From Octopus bimaculoides (Eukaryota), in assembly GCF_001194135.2 (NCBI RefSeq), contig NC_068982.1, positions 38,157,968 to 38,221,964 of the forward strand: a stretch of DNA of 63,997 nt, written 5' to 3'. The position numbers and the translations under genes were made by a program. Each line of letters begins with the position of its first letter. The stretch's first letter is position 1. The notes under the pieces are model-generated. The model did no database searches. It saw nothing but the letters and a program-made list of their open reading frames with translations, and was not told the DNA's origin. Of the stretch, positions 39,922 to 55,070 are shown in pieces.

Positions 39922-40572
39922 CAGTCAATCACTTGCATGTTCCATATAGTTGAAGCCCATGTTATTCAATCTATACATTTTTTATTTGTCACTGTATATT
40001 ATTTAACATTTTCACCAGTTACTTATTATCTATTTTGGTTTTTCAAAAATCTATATACATCATATAGTTCAAGGGTAAGATAGGTATTTTTTTCCATATA
40101 CTACAAAGGTAATTCTCTAGGAAAATCCCACATCCATCTTGCCCTTTGTGGAAGCATGCAATACCAGGGGGTCTCCCATGGATCAGTTCCATCATGAACA
40201 AGAACATATTTTCTGTCTAGACACAGCCTCTCCCTTTGGTTTTTATAACCAACAAGCTTCTGATTCCCTACTCCCAACTGATAAACCACCACACATGCAC
40301 TCCACTCCATCTCCTTTCTGCACATTTAACCAGCATCCATACATTATGATGTCTTGTTTGCACTTCAAAAGTGTTTTTATACACTACTACATCAATATTA
40401 TCTATGTCCCAATGCTCAATTACTACCTCAACCTCAACTTCCATCACTCTTCCTCACATACATTCATCACTGTTAAACACATACACATATTCACAGACAC
40501 CCTTTCACCAACTCAGTTTTTTATTATTGCATGCATTCACATTCAAACTTCACTGACTTCCATACTATTATG

Positions 40573-40629
<57 letters not shown>

Positions 40630-40871
40630 NNNNNNNNNNNNNNNNNNNNNNNNNNNNNNNNNNNNNNNNNNNNNNNNNNNNNNNNNNNNNNNNNNNNNNN
40701 NNNNNNNNNNNNNNNNNNNNNNNNNNNNNNNNNNNNNNNNNNNNNNNNNNNNNNNNNNNNNNNNNNNNNNNNNNNNNNNNNNNNNNNNNNNNNNNNNNNN
40801 NNNNNNNNNNNNNNNNNNNNNNNNNNNNNNNNNNNNNNNNNNNNNNNNNNNNNNNNNNNNNNNNNNNNNNN

Positions 40872-40913
<42 letters not shown>

Positions 40914-42702
40914 CACATGTTTATATACATATACATACATATATATATATATGTATACACGCACACACAAAAATGTATGTGACTGTTTCTATATTTATTA
41001 TCTATGTTGATCAATTCCTTCTTGTCATGTAACTGTAGCAATTCAACAAATAAAGATTAATGAAATGAGTACTAGCCTGAAATAAGTCCTGAGCCTTTAA
41101 AACTCTTAAAAGCAGTGCCTAGCATGACAACAGATCAGTGGTGGAAACCAGTAAAAAAAATAACAATAAACAAATAAGCACCACAATACATACTTGTAGA
41201 CATCCGTTAGTCTTGAGAGATCATGGATCTGCACCTGAAGAAACTGTGTCGGCTGCTGATGATGGTGCAGCATCTGCTATAGCTGTAGAGAGCCACCATA
41301 ACACATAACTCAATGTATAAATCATTCTGCTTCTTAACATTGATATATTACTCAGTACAAGACCATGTCATTCTTATTAGCAAACGCTATATATTTCTTT
41401 CTTAGTACATAGAATACTAGTTTTCTAATGCACATATACTATAATAAAGTGGGAACTGAAACTGACTTTGTGGAGTCTTAATTCTTGCTTTGTATCACTT
41501 GCATGTTTGGATAATGTTGCAGGTGAACAAATATCTTACAACATTTTAATGTATATGTGTGTGTGTATGTGTATGTGTGGTGTGTGTGTGAGTGTGAGTG
41601 TGTGTGAGTGTGTGTGAGTGTGTGTGAGTGTGTGTGTTGTGTGTGTGTGTGTGTGAGTGTGTGTTGTGTGTGTGTGTGTGTGTGTGTGTGTGTCTGTATA
41701 CTACATACAAAAAGCAAATCAAGTACAAAAAATGAAAAAAATATGATAAAAGTCCCAGGCAGTTAATATTGTTAGGTTGATATTCAGAGAAGGAAAAAAG
41801 TATAACGTTTCAGACATATCCCTTCATCAGATCAGATACAAGATGATAGTTGGGGGAGACAAAGAAAAAAGGAAAGAAGATAAGCAAAGTGAGAGGAAAC
41901 CCAAGAAAAAAAAAAGGTAGGTTATGGTTGTGCGTTCCACTTGTGTATGTAAAATTCAATCAAAATCTACTTCACAATCTCAGATAAGCAATAGAGAATG
42001 CTAAGAATTTAAGTTTCATGTCTATAATAAAGGAATGAAAGGATTAATATTAACTTCCATATAGTTTGCAGACACAATATTCTAAATTAACCCGGTTTTC
42101 TTTAGAAATGTAAGATATAGAAATATGTATGTATAGGTAGTTTTGTACAAAAAAATATATAGATATTGATATTGGGCTTTATGTTTTGGTTCTTCTTCAT
42201 CATCCGGAATTTCTCTTTGTGGACAATGGGAAGTTGATAGTGTTGTAGGAGAGAAGGATAAGGTTCTAGATTTCACTCAGTTAGTTGATATTTAATGCAC
42301 TACTTAAAAATATACCTCCCTTGAGGCTCTGAGACTGTTCTAGTACGTTACAAAATTATTGGGTGTGAAACTAAAATCTAATTATTTTATATCCAGTCAA
42401 GTTGTGATCATCCAACCTTTGCACAGGATTCGAGGCAAAATATCACTGTCATTATACTTAGTAAGTGTAGCATCAAATTTTGGCATATATTAACAGTGAA
42501 TTAGAGAATATTTTATGCATTTGCAACCTTATAATTCCAACAAGGTCCATAAGCTCTCATTATCTTTCTGTATTTTAGTATGCAATTTATTTTCTGTATG
42601 AAAAACCTCACTTATTTGTTTCATTTGATTTCAAAAGTAACTCACTACCTAAATAAGGAGAAAGACCTTTTTAAGAATTCATAAAATAAGAAATGACTGC
42701 CA

Positions 42703-43547
42703 TATCATCTTACTATAATGGGTGCTATGTCCGTCAGTCTAACTGTCTGTCTTTTCCCACTTCATGGTCAAATGGCTGGACCAATGGTCATGATATTTTT
42801 TTTGGATTACAATGGGGGTAATTAGGAAGGTTTATAGTGCAAACAAAATGTGAAAAAGTATGATTATTTAGTGGATATTGAGTTTTGTATTAATAAATTG
42901 TCTTTGATTTCTTTTTTGTTAAAATTCCGGTGACAAGGATTAACTCTGGAGTTCCGTCCCTGTATAGTTCATGAATTTAGAGGGTTTATATTTGTGATAC
43001 TATCCCTTTATTTCCCATCATATCTTACTATAATGGGAATTAATTCACCGACCATGAGTAACTCTGAATTTTCATCATACAGTTTGTGGCCCCATTGTAG
43101 ATATAAAGGGGGTTACGAGGACAGTTAATAGCAAAAATAAAATTGGAAAAGTATGTGTTAGTATATAGTGTGTGTGATTATTTAGACGTTATTGAAATGT
43201 GTCAGTCTCAAGCAGGATTCGAAACAGCTAATTGAAGCAGCAGTTGTTTACATCTCAGTTTTGTCAATCAAAATAACCCATGGTACCAGAACATCCAGAC
43301 ATTATTCACATAGAACACTGAGAAGCAAGTCTTAGTTTGATTTTTTTGCAATCCTAAAGATTCTGCTCATACATTTACAAGGCACAAGGCACAAGGCCAG
43401 ACTTTAGATTGTGTAGGTGTATTTTTACCCACTCCAATGTTTACACACAGCCAGTTATATGTCTCTACGAGTAGAGCAATGGACTCCAGTAATTTGAAAA
43501 TTAGTGTCGACCAAACAGAAAATATTGTCTGCAAAGAAGTTTTGTAA
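42703..43547 (+). mobile_element. Helitron remnant: two 5'-end-like units plus Pif1 helicase C-terminus
   Basis: TCTTACTATAATGGG twice (~42709, ~43023). 43373-43547 translates IYKAQG/QTLDCVGVFLPTPMFTHSQLYVSTSRA...NLKI...TENIVCKEVL*, with a 7-bp duplication causing a frameshift. Confidence 0.85.
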
Positions 43548-45834
43548 TCATATTGATATTATCGAAAGGAATATGATTCATAATTTAAATAAGGAAATTT
43601 GTGAACTTTGAATGTATAAGAGTATAAACAAACATAAAATAGTGTACACAACTAAAATGCAAGTATATCTAAATAACATTTTTTTCGTAATATTTTTTAT
43701 GTAGTGGTTGAAAGAAGCTCTGGCTTTTGTTAGGAGTGGTCCGCATAACCATTCATGATACAGAGGCTGGGAGCCTATTTCAGTTCAGGAGCAAATAATC
43801 ATTACATGTCACTTAGTTGCAAACACATGTCATATAGCTGCAATAGAATGCTGTATCACCAACAATAATGTGATTTCTCTAAGACATCACCCAGTAATCT
43901 ATCAAGTCCATTTACACATTTCTCAATACATACTGCTGTTATGACTTCCCTCCCTCATTTTACGCCACCATCATAGATGGGTAGATTTGCTAGTACTTTA
44001 TAATTCCTCATTGCCATTTTGATCTTATTTTCTTTGTAGAGATTAAATAACATAGTGATGTGATTTGGCATAAAGTAGATAGATTTGTGGTGTTAGTTAG
44101 CATAGTTTATACAAATTAGTTGGCTTGACTTATACAGACTAATCAAACTAGGATCATCAGTTGATTTATAAGATGAATATATGTGCAATGTAAATTGAAA
44201 TGTGTTGGAGAGTTTTGTAATATTGCTTGCCTTTCTTTATATTTGCTATGTATTAATTAATTTTTTCTGCCAAAATCAAACATTTTGGTTAGCTGCAGCT
44301 ATGTCTCTCCATAATTAATTTGGCTAATCTTTGTTCCACTAGCAAAGTTCAGAACTACCAAACCAATGCCATCATTCATTCTCATCCCATAATTATACAT
44401 TCACTGTCTCATGCAAGAAGCATTTAATAGCTTTCATTTTTATTCACTTTCTTTATTTCAATAAAGTTATGATATTTCTTAATAAAAATGGAAATTATTT
44501 TCTGGAAATATTTTTAGTAAAGTTTATGAAGAGCAAGAGATGTTTTAAGCCATACATCAATATATTTGATATAAATTATTTTAGATTAAAACATTTTCTT
44601 AAAAATTTTGATTTAAATCTCTTCTGTCAAGAATTTTGTGATTATTGTTTGAGTTGAAAACAGCTATTGATTGGCAGGCATTTTTAATTCTAACTGACAG
44701 CCAATAATATTAATATTATTGACTAGATTGAAGTGAGTACACATGATGAGAAAATTTTAAAGAAACTAAGATATTTATAATTAACACATTGGTAGGAATG
44801 GGGAAAGAGAAAAATGAGAAAAAAACTTTATTAAGATAATGACAATAATGAACTTATTGTATGTATACACTGCTCAGATGCACTACAACTCATCAAAAAT
44901 ATCTAACCAAAAACTGCATGAACAGTACATAGAATATGCACAGGAAGTGAACAGTAAATAAGTCTTCAAAAAAAAAAAAAGAGAAAGAATAATAAGAAAA
45001 AATGGGGGTAGGGGTATCTGGTGTACTGTTGCTGAATTTTAGGAAGCATAGATGTTTTCAAATATGTGGTGCTTCAAAAGCACTGATGCAGGTAGTTTAT
45101 TCCATGCTTCAGCAATTCTGAGTGTGAAAAATGTTTCAAAAAGTCATGGGTGCTGTGTTGTTTTTTGATTTTGTAAGCATGTCCACAAATGCTAGGCATA
45201 TGGAATTCAAAAGGGAGCCTGTTTTATCCTTCAGTCCTTACATTTTTGTATTTCTATATGTATTTTATATTCATAAATTTTCATAACCTGTTTAACATAC
45301 ATACATACATACATACATACGTGTGTGTGTGTGTGTGTGTGAACATGCATACACATAGTCATATATATATATATTGTTATATGTTCAAGGATTTTCACTA
45401 CGCAAATTCCTTCAGTTACTTGATGGATTGTACTTTGCGAAAAGCCCTCAATAACAAAAGAGTGAATGATTATTTTATATGAATAAATAGTATAGAATGT
45501 ATTGAGTATGCTTTCTTCTCTTTATATATCCAGACACTGACATATACACACACATATATATTATATCTTGTGTGTAGAGTTAGATGTCTGACTGTTATTA
45601 TTGAGTTCAGAGCTGCACGTAGGGTACTATCATCCAATCTGCTTTGAGTATAGTGCTTATGTTACTAGTATACTTAGTAGTAGTGCTGGTTATAATATGC
45701 AGAGTAAACGTAGGAGAAATTATGACAAACATCATATACATATACATATGTATCTGTATATGTCTACACACATGCGCATGCACACACGCACACACACACA
45801 TACGCACAATATATATTTGTGAGTATATATATCG

Positions 45835-46125
45835 AGCAAGGTCATTGCCAGTGCCACTGGACTGGCTCCCATGAAGGTGGCATGTAAAAAATACCTTTTG
45901 AGCATGGCCGTTGCCAGTACTGTGTGACTGGGCCTTGTGCTGGTGGCACATAAAAGCACCCACTACACTCTCGGAGAGGTTGGCATTAGGAAGGGCATCC
46001 AGCTGTAGAAACTCTGCCAGATCAGATTGTAGCCTGGTGCAGCCTTCTGGCTTGCCAGTCCTCAGTCAAATCGTCCAACCCATGCTAGCATGGAAAACGG
46101 ACGTTAAACGATGATGATGATGATA
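45835..46125 (+). mobile_element. 5'-truncated (GAT)n-tailed retro-repeat (RTE 3' UTR or SINE tail)
   Basis: GGTTGGCATTAGGAAGGGCATCCAGCTGTAGAAAC...CATGCTAGCATGGAAAACGGACGTTAAACGATGATGAT. Homologues at 10195-10356 (-), 10810-10980 (+), 14840-15005 (-), 15657-15855 (+), 21249-21635 (-), 37545-37735 (+), 49313-49490 (-), 55590-55760 (+), 56240-56508 (+), 61370-61515 (-), 62850-62998 (-). Confidence 0.88.
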
Positions 46126-46974
46126 TGATAATACACTTGCCCAAGGTGCCATATAGTGGGACTGAACCCAGGGCCATGTGGTTGAAATTATACAGTACTT
46201 TAAAAAAAAAAAACCCAACAACTTCTAGTGCAAAAGGTCCATAATAACCTCAGCATGCCCTCCCATGTTAATGAAATTGATACAGTTGACATTTCTGCTT
46301 ATTGCTACCTTTTGAAAAAATAAGGTAAGGGATGAATCACCAGACAGTTATAAGTCTGAAGGTAAAAGCTTGAACAAATTGTTTAGTTTAAAGTTATATA
46401 GTGAAATAGAGATAAGGAGATGAAGAGAGGCAGGTGAATCAGGCTGTGAATACTACACATCTTGTTAGTTCTGAGAAGCAGGAACTGTCGTTGTAAAGGT
46501 AGAAAATACAGAGGAAGGATTCTTCCTATCTCTGTATTTGCGAGTGAAGTTTATCAATCAAGTCAACTGGTCTTTCTCATTTATTTTAATGAAAAGTATT
46601 TGTTGTAGAGAAGTGACACTGTTGAGATATGAGCTATGAATCTTTTAATCAGTGGAGGATACTTTAACACATCATCCAATTATGGTATCTTAAGATTTAT
46701 TGTTCATCTTAAATCAGTGATTTTTACATTGAAGACTTACAAATGGTTAGTTCCAGAGTTTTATTAATAAAATGGGGCATATTTAGGCATAAATATTTTA
46801 TCAACTCAAAACACAACATACATTAGTTACACCACAAATTATATACACGCATATCTATCTATATATATATCTTCTATCATTTACTTGTTTCAGTTATTAG
46901 ACAGATAAAAAAATAAAAGATACACACACACACACATACATGTATATATTCTTGTATATACATGTGTGTGTGTG

Positions 46975-47225
46975 TGTTTATGTCTCTTTGTTTTGATATT
47001 ACATGATAGTTGTAAAATGATTGTCACTGTCATACAAATAGTGTCATTCATTTCCAAAATTCTGCTATGTCTGGCTATGGAGAAATATTCCCTTGGCTGT
47101 AAACAGATTGGTGACAGGAAGGGCATCCAGTCATAGAAATCTGCCTGAAAAAATTCCATTTGATCCATTGGAGCATGGAAAAGTGGACATTCAAATGATG
47201 ATGATTATGGTGGTGGTGATGATGA
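46975..47225 (+). mobile_element. Related repeat with the same AGGAAGGGCATCCAG core but a different 5' part
   Basis: Reverse-complement homologue at ~59195-59450. Confidence 0.6.
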
Positions 47226-48270
47226 TGATAACAAATAAAAGAAACTATATAAAAAATTAAAAAACAAACGAGTAGAATACTGTTTTAACAATTGGTATAT
47301 CTATGAATAATTTCTCAGCTTAAAAGCATAGTAAAACAATTTTTGACTATGGAAATTTATTTAGCTTGTTTCTCAAATAAAAATAGACTGAGATTTAGTG
47401 AATGCAGACATAAAAAATGAAGAAAGACTGAAAAAATGGTAATTGCATTCTTGTAGTTAGATATAAGGGGTTCTGATATTTCAGTTGCTTGTTTATAAAT
47501 AGTTAGCTGTGCCAAATCTGATTTCTCCTTGATTGTAAAATAATTTTGCAACCATCATCACTGCTTCAAGATGGAGGAAATGCTCATTAAATTATGTGAT
47601 ATTTTGTAGAAGGAATGATGCCAAAACTTGCTGAGTTGTTACAAAGGCAAAAAAAAAAAAAAAGAAAAGAAAAAAAAGAAATGAAATGGCCTGTCAAAAA
47701 CATGTATTTTCAATCTTTAATGTCAGATTTCTGATGAATAACTTCATCATCTCTTTGTGGTGTGACTAATTTTAGGTCAATTTATGATGGATTAATCATT
47801 AAAAGGTTACAAAAGATAACGAAATAATATGGTAGACTTTATCTGAAGAAAGGTACCACCACTTGATACACTGGTTCCCTCATTTAAGCTTCAACAATTG
47901 ACATTTTCTTGTGGGTTTCATGAAAATTATCTTCAATTTGCCATTTTAAGGATTTGACAGCTTTTTAGATATATTAGCATTATATTCTGTTTAACTAAGC
48001 AAAAATGAAAACATTTTGTTAGTTGTATTATGTTTGTAAATTTTTCTGCCTGTCATAGAATAGTTTGGACTTGACAGGTATCAGGGTAATAGAACAGACA
48101 TGATAGTATTTACCATAATAATAATTGGATGATATTAAAATTAGTTGTAATTATTATGTGAGTGACTAATGGGTGGTTAATGGGGCTATCATATCTTCCT
48201 TACAGCTGTTAGTTGGAGAGAGAGAGAAAGAGAGAAACAGATAAACAGAGGAAGGGGGAGAAACAGAAAA

Positions 48271-48342
<72 letters not shown>

Positions 48343-49262
48343 GAATTCAACTTTTATTTGAAACTTCTACTTAATTGTACTTTGTTAAAGTCATTCAGAC
48401 TCCTACAGAGACTTTCGCTTTGATTTTGACAATCAATAGTAAAATGAAACTTAATTTTGCTAGCATAAATATAATCCTAAATGAAGAATTGTTTTCTTGA
48501 AAAGATGAGTAGTTAGTAAGTATAATAGAGTAAAGGAAGAAAAGAGGAAAATTCTTACTGAGCAAGGAACAGGTTGAGAAATGGAAGATGTTATCATGAA
48601 GACTATCACAAAGATGTCATCATGAAGATACATCATTGAAGGTATGCACATGGAGATTATAGACTGAGACATTGAATAGTTAAAAGGTAAACAGGTATTA
48701 CTAAAAGATAGTTTCCAAGATATGGCATAAATCTGTTGCAAGGATGATTCTTTAGCTTAAAAGTGAACAACACAATTGTCATAAAGAATAATGATAGTTC
48801 AGTCAGGAAAAAAAAGGTATGTTGGAAAACTTAGGAAATATTCCAGTGTCATTATTTTAAATTGCTTAATACAATGGTAATTTTCACTCAAAAACTATAT
48901 CATTTTGGTCGTTTTAAAACATAAAGAATTGTGTGTTAGACTTTACTGCAAAGGTCTAATGATATTGAAACATGTCCAGGGTTGTTATTGTACTTGTCAA
49001 AGATCAAACTCAGTCTCTGCTATATGTCCCCATTTAAATTAATTAAGTAAAATTTAAGAATTTTCTCCTTTGCCTCCTTTGACAAAAATTATCATTAGCA
49101 GTAAAGATTTCATCTCATTACACATGCTATTTCTATTGATTGAATATTATTTTTGGGTGATTACATTAAATATTAGCTGGCATTAAATAGCAAGAAATAA
49201 AAGTCAAGCTTGAATGGTATAACAGAAAAGAGGAATGTGCATGCGTGAATGGGTTTAATACA

Positions 49263-49314
<52 letters not shown>

Positions 49315-51790
49315 TCATCGTCGTTTAACGTCTGCTTTCCATGCTAGCATGGGTTGGACGATTTGACTGAGGACTGGTGAACCAGATGGCTACACCAGGC
49401 TCCAATCTGATTTGGCAGAGTTTCTACAGCTGGATGCTCTTCCTAACGTCAACCATTCCAAGAGTGTAGTGGGTGCTTTTACGTGCCACCATCCTCCATG
49501 TTCCACCATTACTATCATTTCAACTTTAATTTCTCCCCGTGCTTACATGGCTGGATGGGTCTTGTCTTGCTGATCGTTGTAGTCTTTTGTCATCTCTTTC
49601 ATTAGGATAAGCATCCTGAGGTTGACCTGCTCTATTTTGTTCCACAGCTTCTTAGGGTTCACTTTATATTATCATTATCATCATCATTTAACATCCATGC
49701 TCCATGTTGGCATAAGCTAAATAGTTTGACTGGATTCAATGGGCCCAATGGTTGCATAATCCTGTGTTTGCTTTGCCTGGATTTCTAAAGCTGATTACCT
49801 TTCCTAGCACCAATCCCTTTACAGTGTGTCCTGGGTGCTTTTTTTTTTCATGCCACCAATATATGTATATATTGACTTCTCATTCAGGTTGATTGCATTT
49901 CTCTTTCCAGATTCTTTAACTTCTTTTGCATCATTCTTCTTGGGCCAAATTTTTGTTTCTCTGGAACATTCCTTCCCTGTTGTTTCCATCTCTTAAATAT
50001 GCAACAATTAAAAGCAAACATTCTTTACATTAATTTTATCCACTTATCCATAGCAACATATCCAAGAGTTTTAAAATGCTGTGAGTACTGTCCCTCTTCT
50101 CTGGAATAGCAAACAGAAAATATGTAATAATTCTTTTTATAATGATTGCCTTTCCATATTAGCATAGCTTAGATGCATCAGTGCTGAAATTAGACTTGTC
50201 TTCCAATTAGTTGCATCTTCAGCAAAATGTCAGATAGATATATATGTCATGTGAAATATCTTTCTGCTACATTATATTATTTCTGTATTAAACAAGCCTT
50301 TCTTTATCTCAAGCATGTTTTCCTCTGGTTACTATTTAAATATTGCCTTTTAAAATTTTGTTTTATTAACCAACAATTTTCTTACCAAACATTACTTGTT
50401 GGTTTCTTTACCTTCCTTGGGAAAAAAATTCTACTCTGAAAAAATAACATAATGTTGATACATGATACTCTTAGCTGGACCCCCACCCCAGGGGGAAAAA
50501 AATCAACAGGCGGGTCTTTTTCATGACTAATCACTTAGTAGACTACATTTAAAAAAAAATGTTACTGAATAGTTTAAAGACCTTAATATGTTTCTTAACT
50601 TTCTCTTAATTGTTTTGTTGTTCAATCATTTTGAGCAACATCAGATCTAGACACCTGACTTCACAAATTTATCAACTGAAATTAACTAGAACACTTTTCT
50701 GAATTATTATTTATTTGGTTAATTTATTTGGCTAAGTATTATTTGAAATAATTACATTTACTGCAATAATTGTTCACTGTGTTATAAAATGAAATAATGA
50801 AAACAAAATTATGATGATTATGATGGTGATGATGATGATGGTAAAAATGAATTTGATGATGATTATGATGACAACAATGATGATGATAATCTAAAATAAC
50901 TTGAGTAAGCTTAAAACGTTTGTTTAGCATTAGTATTTTCATTTTAAAATTCGTTAAACAAGTATTTTTCTCTTTATTTTGTATTGAGAAGGTAAAGAAA
51001 ATTCTTTTTTAATGAGCCCAACATTTGCAAGCTAATGTTCTGCTATTCCAATGCAATTTCAATTAACAAAAATGGATTTTTTTCTTTTCACTTAAATATG
51101 TTGATGTGGAATTGTGATATATTTTTGATTTGTAATATGATCAACAAAGTTATTTTATCACACAGAGTATATATCACTTACTAGGAAATTGAATCCAGAC
51201 TGCTGGGTCCTTACCCCACACCACTACTGTAACCACTCTCATTCAGCTTTTAAGTTTTTGCATGTGTGTGATTGTGTGTAAGTGTGTGTGTGTGACAGAC
51301 AGACAGAGAGAGAGAGAGAGAGAGAAAAGAAGGAGAGGGAGAGAAAGAGAGCAAGAACATGTAAATGAATGAATGAGTAATATAAAATAACATTAAAACA
51401 ATATTTAAATTTTTAAGTTGGTAAAAGTTGCTGTGACAGAAAAACCTTGAGTTAGATTTCATGTATTTTTTTTTTTTACTCATAACTCGGTCTGAATCTT
51501 TGCTGCTCTGATTTTTAAATTCCATCAACCATTGATTTAATGGTTCCTCATTTTGAAGATAACATAGAAATAGGTACCAGTAATATATATTGGATTTCAA
51601 TTTACTTAATTATGCTCCCTAATTTACTCATGAGTTTTGGTCAAAATAAAATAGTGTTTGAAACTCAAGGTGATGGTAGACTTGGTATGTATCTCACCAT
51701 GTAAAGTAGATGTAAAAATAATGGTGATATGCATATGTGTGTTTGTCTGTGTTTGTGATTAAATGTTGACACAATGCTGACCATTAAATG

Positions 51791-52018
51791 TTAACCCTTT
51801 AACATTTAAGATGCCATATCTGGCCAAAATATCTTACCTGTTTTATGATCAAACCGGCTAGAACTGGCCTTTCATAACTTACCCTACAATATCAGTCTAA
51901 AACTAAACAATCACATCATCAAAATCTTGAAGTTATTAAATTTTGCATGACTAATTCAAAACAATGTGAATAAATAAGCATTGCATTTGACTGAGAAATC
52001 TGAATGTTAAAGGGTTAA
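51791..52018 (-). mobile_element. TTAA MITE copy 2
   Basis: TTAACCCTTTAACATT...AATGTTAAAGGGTTAA. Confidence 0.85.
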
Positions 52019-53862
52019 ATTGGATGTGATACTAGTTTCTTAAAGATATCTCTTCTTGGAAAAGCTACGTATGTATTTCTATAGGTATTTATTATTGTTA
52101 TTCATGTAGATGACAACATTTATGTAAGCTCTGAAAAAACCCACTGTTTTCTAGAAATACCTAAAATGTTTTCATTATTCCACAATAAAAAAAAAAGTTT
52201 TTTTCATAAAAGAGTTGTCGCTTTTTCCATTGTATTTATCAGCTTATTTTTATTCATTTGTTAATTCAAGGATGATGGACAGAGGTCAAACATCCAGTGG
52301 AACTGAGGAGTAGAATGGTTAATTGTGGTTAGAGCAATTCATTTCCAATTTTATCAGTGGTCTTGTATGTAATAGGTAGAGAAGGAGTTTTAGAGAGAAT
52401 ATTTAAGTAACATTAACAGATAATAAACCAGTTTAATAGAAAAAAGGTATAATAAGGTTTGGTGGAGAGAAAAACGTAGAAGGCAATTTTTGATAATGGT
52501 TTCTGACTAGAAACTAATACCTTACGATTTTGAAAATAGTTCTCCATGCTGAGAAATGTTTAAGCTTTTGTAAAGAATCACTAAAAGTTCAAACCTGAAC
52601 TATCTTTTTGGTTCTGATAAAGAAATTCAAGCACTCTAATTAAATTTCATCTATGTTGATGTAACTACAAATAATATTATGTTAATAATTAAATATTCAC
52701 GAATTGTGATGCTTTAATGATAAAATATTTTAATGCAAAAGCATAGTATAATTCATAGATGAGTAATGTTTGTGTTTGCAAATGGTAGGTTCTTGATAAA
52801 GGAAGATATATATAACTGGATATTAAGAGCACTGCCAGTGTGTGTGTGCATGAGACTTGTGGTTAAAAAAATAGTGATACTATACACAGGAAATGTGATA
52901 CACAGAATGAAAATGGTGGCATATGAATAAAAAGTTCTTCAAATACACAGATCAAAACACAAGTAAGTGAATGTATTACAAATGTCTTGTGAAGATTTTT
53001 GCCTTCACCCTAGTATTTTCTAGTGCTAAGCAGCATTGTGTAAAATACAAAATTACATCAGAAATGGATTTGTGTATCAGTGACTGCCTAGAATAATAGA
53101 TATTAAACATGATATATTGGTCTATTGCTGAATAAGTCAGAGAAATTAATTTCCCGGGAGTTGAAGAGTCTCTTTAGTGATAGAGATGTCAAATAATTTT
53201 GAAAGAAGGAGAAGAAGTAGCAACATGCAAAAACAATGACTCAGGATGATGGTTGAGATGTCTTTGGGTCTGCTGCTTGATCAATTTAAGAAAGTATAGG
53301 ACTTTCAAGCGTTTTCTCTCTTTTTTTTTTTTTAGAAATGCAGAAAATGTATCAGAGGGAAATTGTGATTTATTGTGGATATAGAGTGGAAGTAGTGACT
53401 TCTGTGTTAGTATTTTAGTCTAAAGGGTAAAGTATACCAAGAAATGTATGGCAATATTTGATCACTCAAACAGATATGAAACCCATTAGGTTAACTTATT
53501 TTTGATAAACTACATGAAGATAATAGCATCCATAGATGCTATTATCTAACAACCTGTCAAGGATTACAAGGAGTTTTCATTTACTACTTTTGAATATCTT
53601 TTCTTGTTTCTGAGCATGACAATGGAATCTGTTTGTTGTATTTGTATAGGAAAATAAATGGAAATGAAATGTTTTGAATGTTTTGAAGGAATATAGAGTG
53701 ATATATTATGGAGATGAGGTTTTGTTATTATTTTCATATCTTCAAATGAGGCCCAGGTGATCAGAACTGACATAATTCTGATAGTCTGACTTGAATTATC
53801 AAAGAGTAGAGGTTGCTGATATTGTGATGATGAAATTATGCTGTAGCAATAAAGTTGTGGTT

Positions 53863-54079
53863 TTAAACCTTTAGCATTCAGATTACTCTGTAAAATGAAA
53901 TACTTATTTATTCACATTGTTTTGAATTAATCCTGTATTATCACGTAGCTTTGAGATTTCGATGATGTAATTGTATATTTTTAGAGGGTAGGTGTGAGAG
54001 CCCAGATTTGGCCTCTTTGAACTTAAAACAGGTAAAATATTTGTGTTGTATATGGCTAATGTACAAGCTAAAGGGTTAA
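53863..54079 (+). mobile_element. TTAA MITE copy 3
   Basis: TTAAACCTTTAGCATTCAGATTAC...GCTAAAGGGTTAA. Confidence 0.8.
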
Positions 54080-54817
54080 AATCCTCAAATTTGGGCAAGA
54101 GAAAACGTTTTTATGGCATTTGAGAAATCAGAAAGTTGATGAAATTATAGAAAAAAAAAATATTTAGGAATTATTATATTAGGACGATGATAATAATTTG
54201 AAAGCTATTATAAAAGAGATTTGCAAAAAGCCTGTTTGCTTTATTTTTCATGTGATTAATTGATTAAAAGATTCAATCAAAACTAGTGAGCAGGTAATGG
54301 ATAGCTGATCAACTCTGATGAAGCAAACCGATGATCAAAGGTATTCTTGTGATGACCTGTCCTATCTTTTTTTATTATTCATTCCTTATTTAACTATTTT
54401 GATAGCAACCCAAACTCTCCTTATTTGGTTTGATACAAAACAGATGTTTGACCATATTCATGTTAAAATTCTTCCATAGAATCTTTTATATTTCAAGCTA
54501 CAATAATTCAAAAAATTGTTTAGTTTATTTTGCTAATTACCCACTTATTCTTGATTAATTTCAGAATTAATTAAAATACTTTGACTGTATATTTCATTAG
54601 AAAAGTAAACACAAAAGAATGAACATGATAGGGTGTAATTTATGCAAGATTTGGTTGATACTTCTTGCAGGTCAAACAACCCCATATGGGGTCCTGCATA
54701 TACATGTGTATACACACATACACATACACACACACACATGCACACACAAGGGCTAAAATAATCATATTATTTAAGGTGTGTGTTTGGGAGAGAGGGAGAG
54801 AGAAAGAGAAGACGTGG

Positions 54818-54851
<34 letters not shown>

Positions 54852-54924
54852 CAGATAGACAAAGAGATAGAGGAATCAGACGTGTGCAAGAAAAAAACTG
54901 TGTTGGTATGGACACATAATGTGT

Positions 54925-55070
54925 ATGGATGAGGACAGCTGTATAAAGAAGTGCCAATTGCTAAATTTGACCAGAGCTTGTAGAAAAGAGCAGCTCAGAA
55001 AGTGGTTAAAGCTGACCTCAGAATCCTGAGCCCAGTGGAAGAGATGACAAACGATAAGGTTCTCTGATAA
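54925..55070 (+). mobile_element. Degenerate RTE ORF end
   Basis: MDEDSCIKKC...VVKADLRIL...EEMTND-like translation across frameshifts. Confidence 0.45.

Noticed and set aside
52526-52582. Minus-strand DSLQKLKHFSAWRTIFKI with GTAAGG donor
   Set aside because: Only a superficial likeness to QKLRNVLLAFSWRNP; the following NP and GYCQG are absent.
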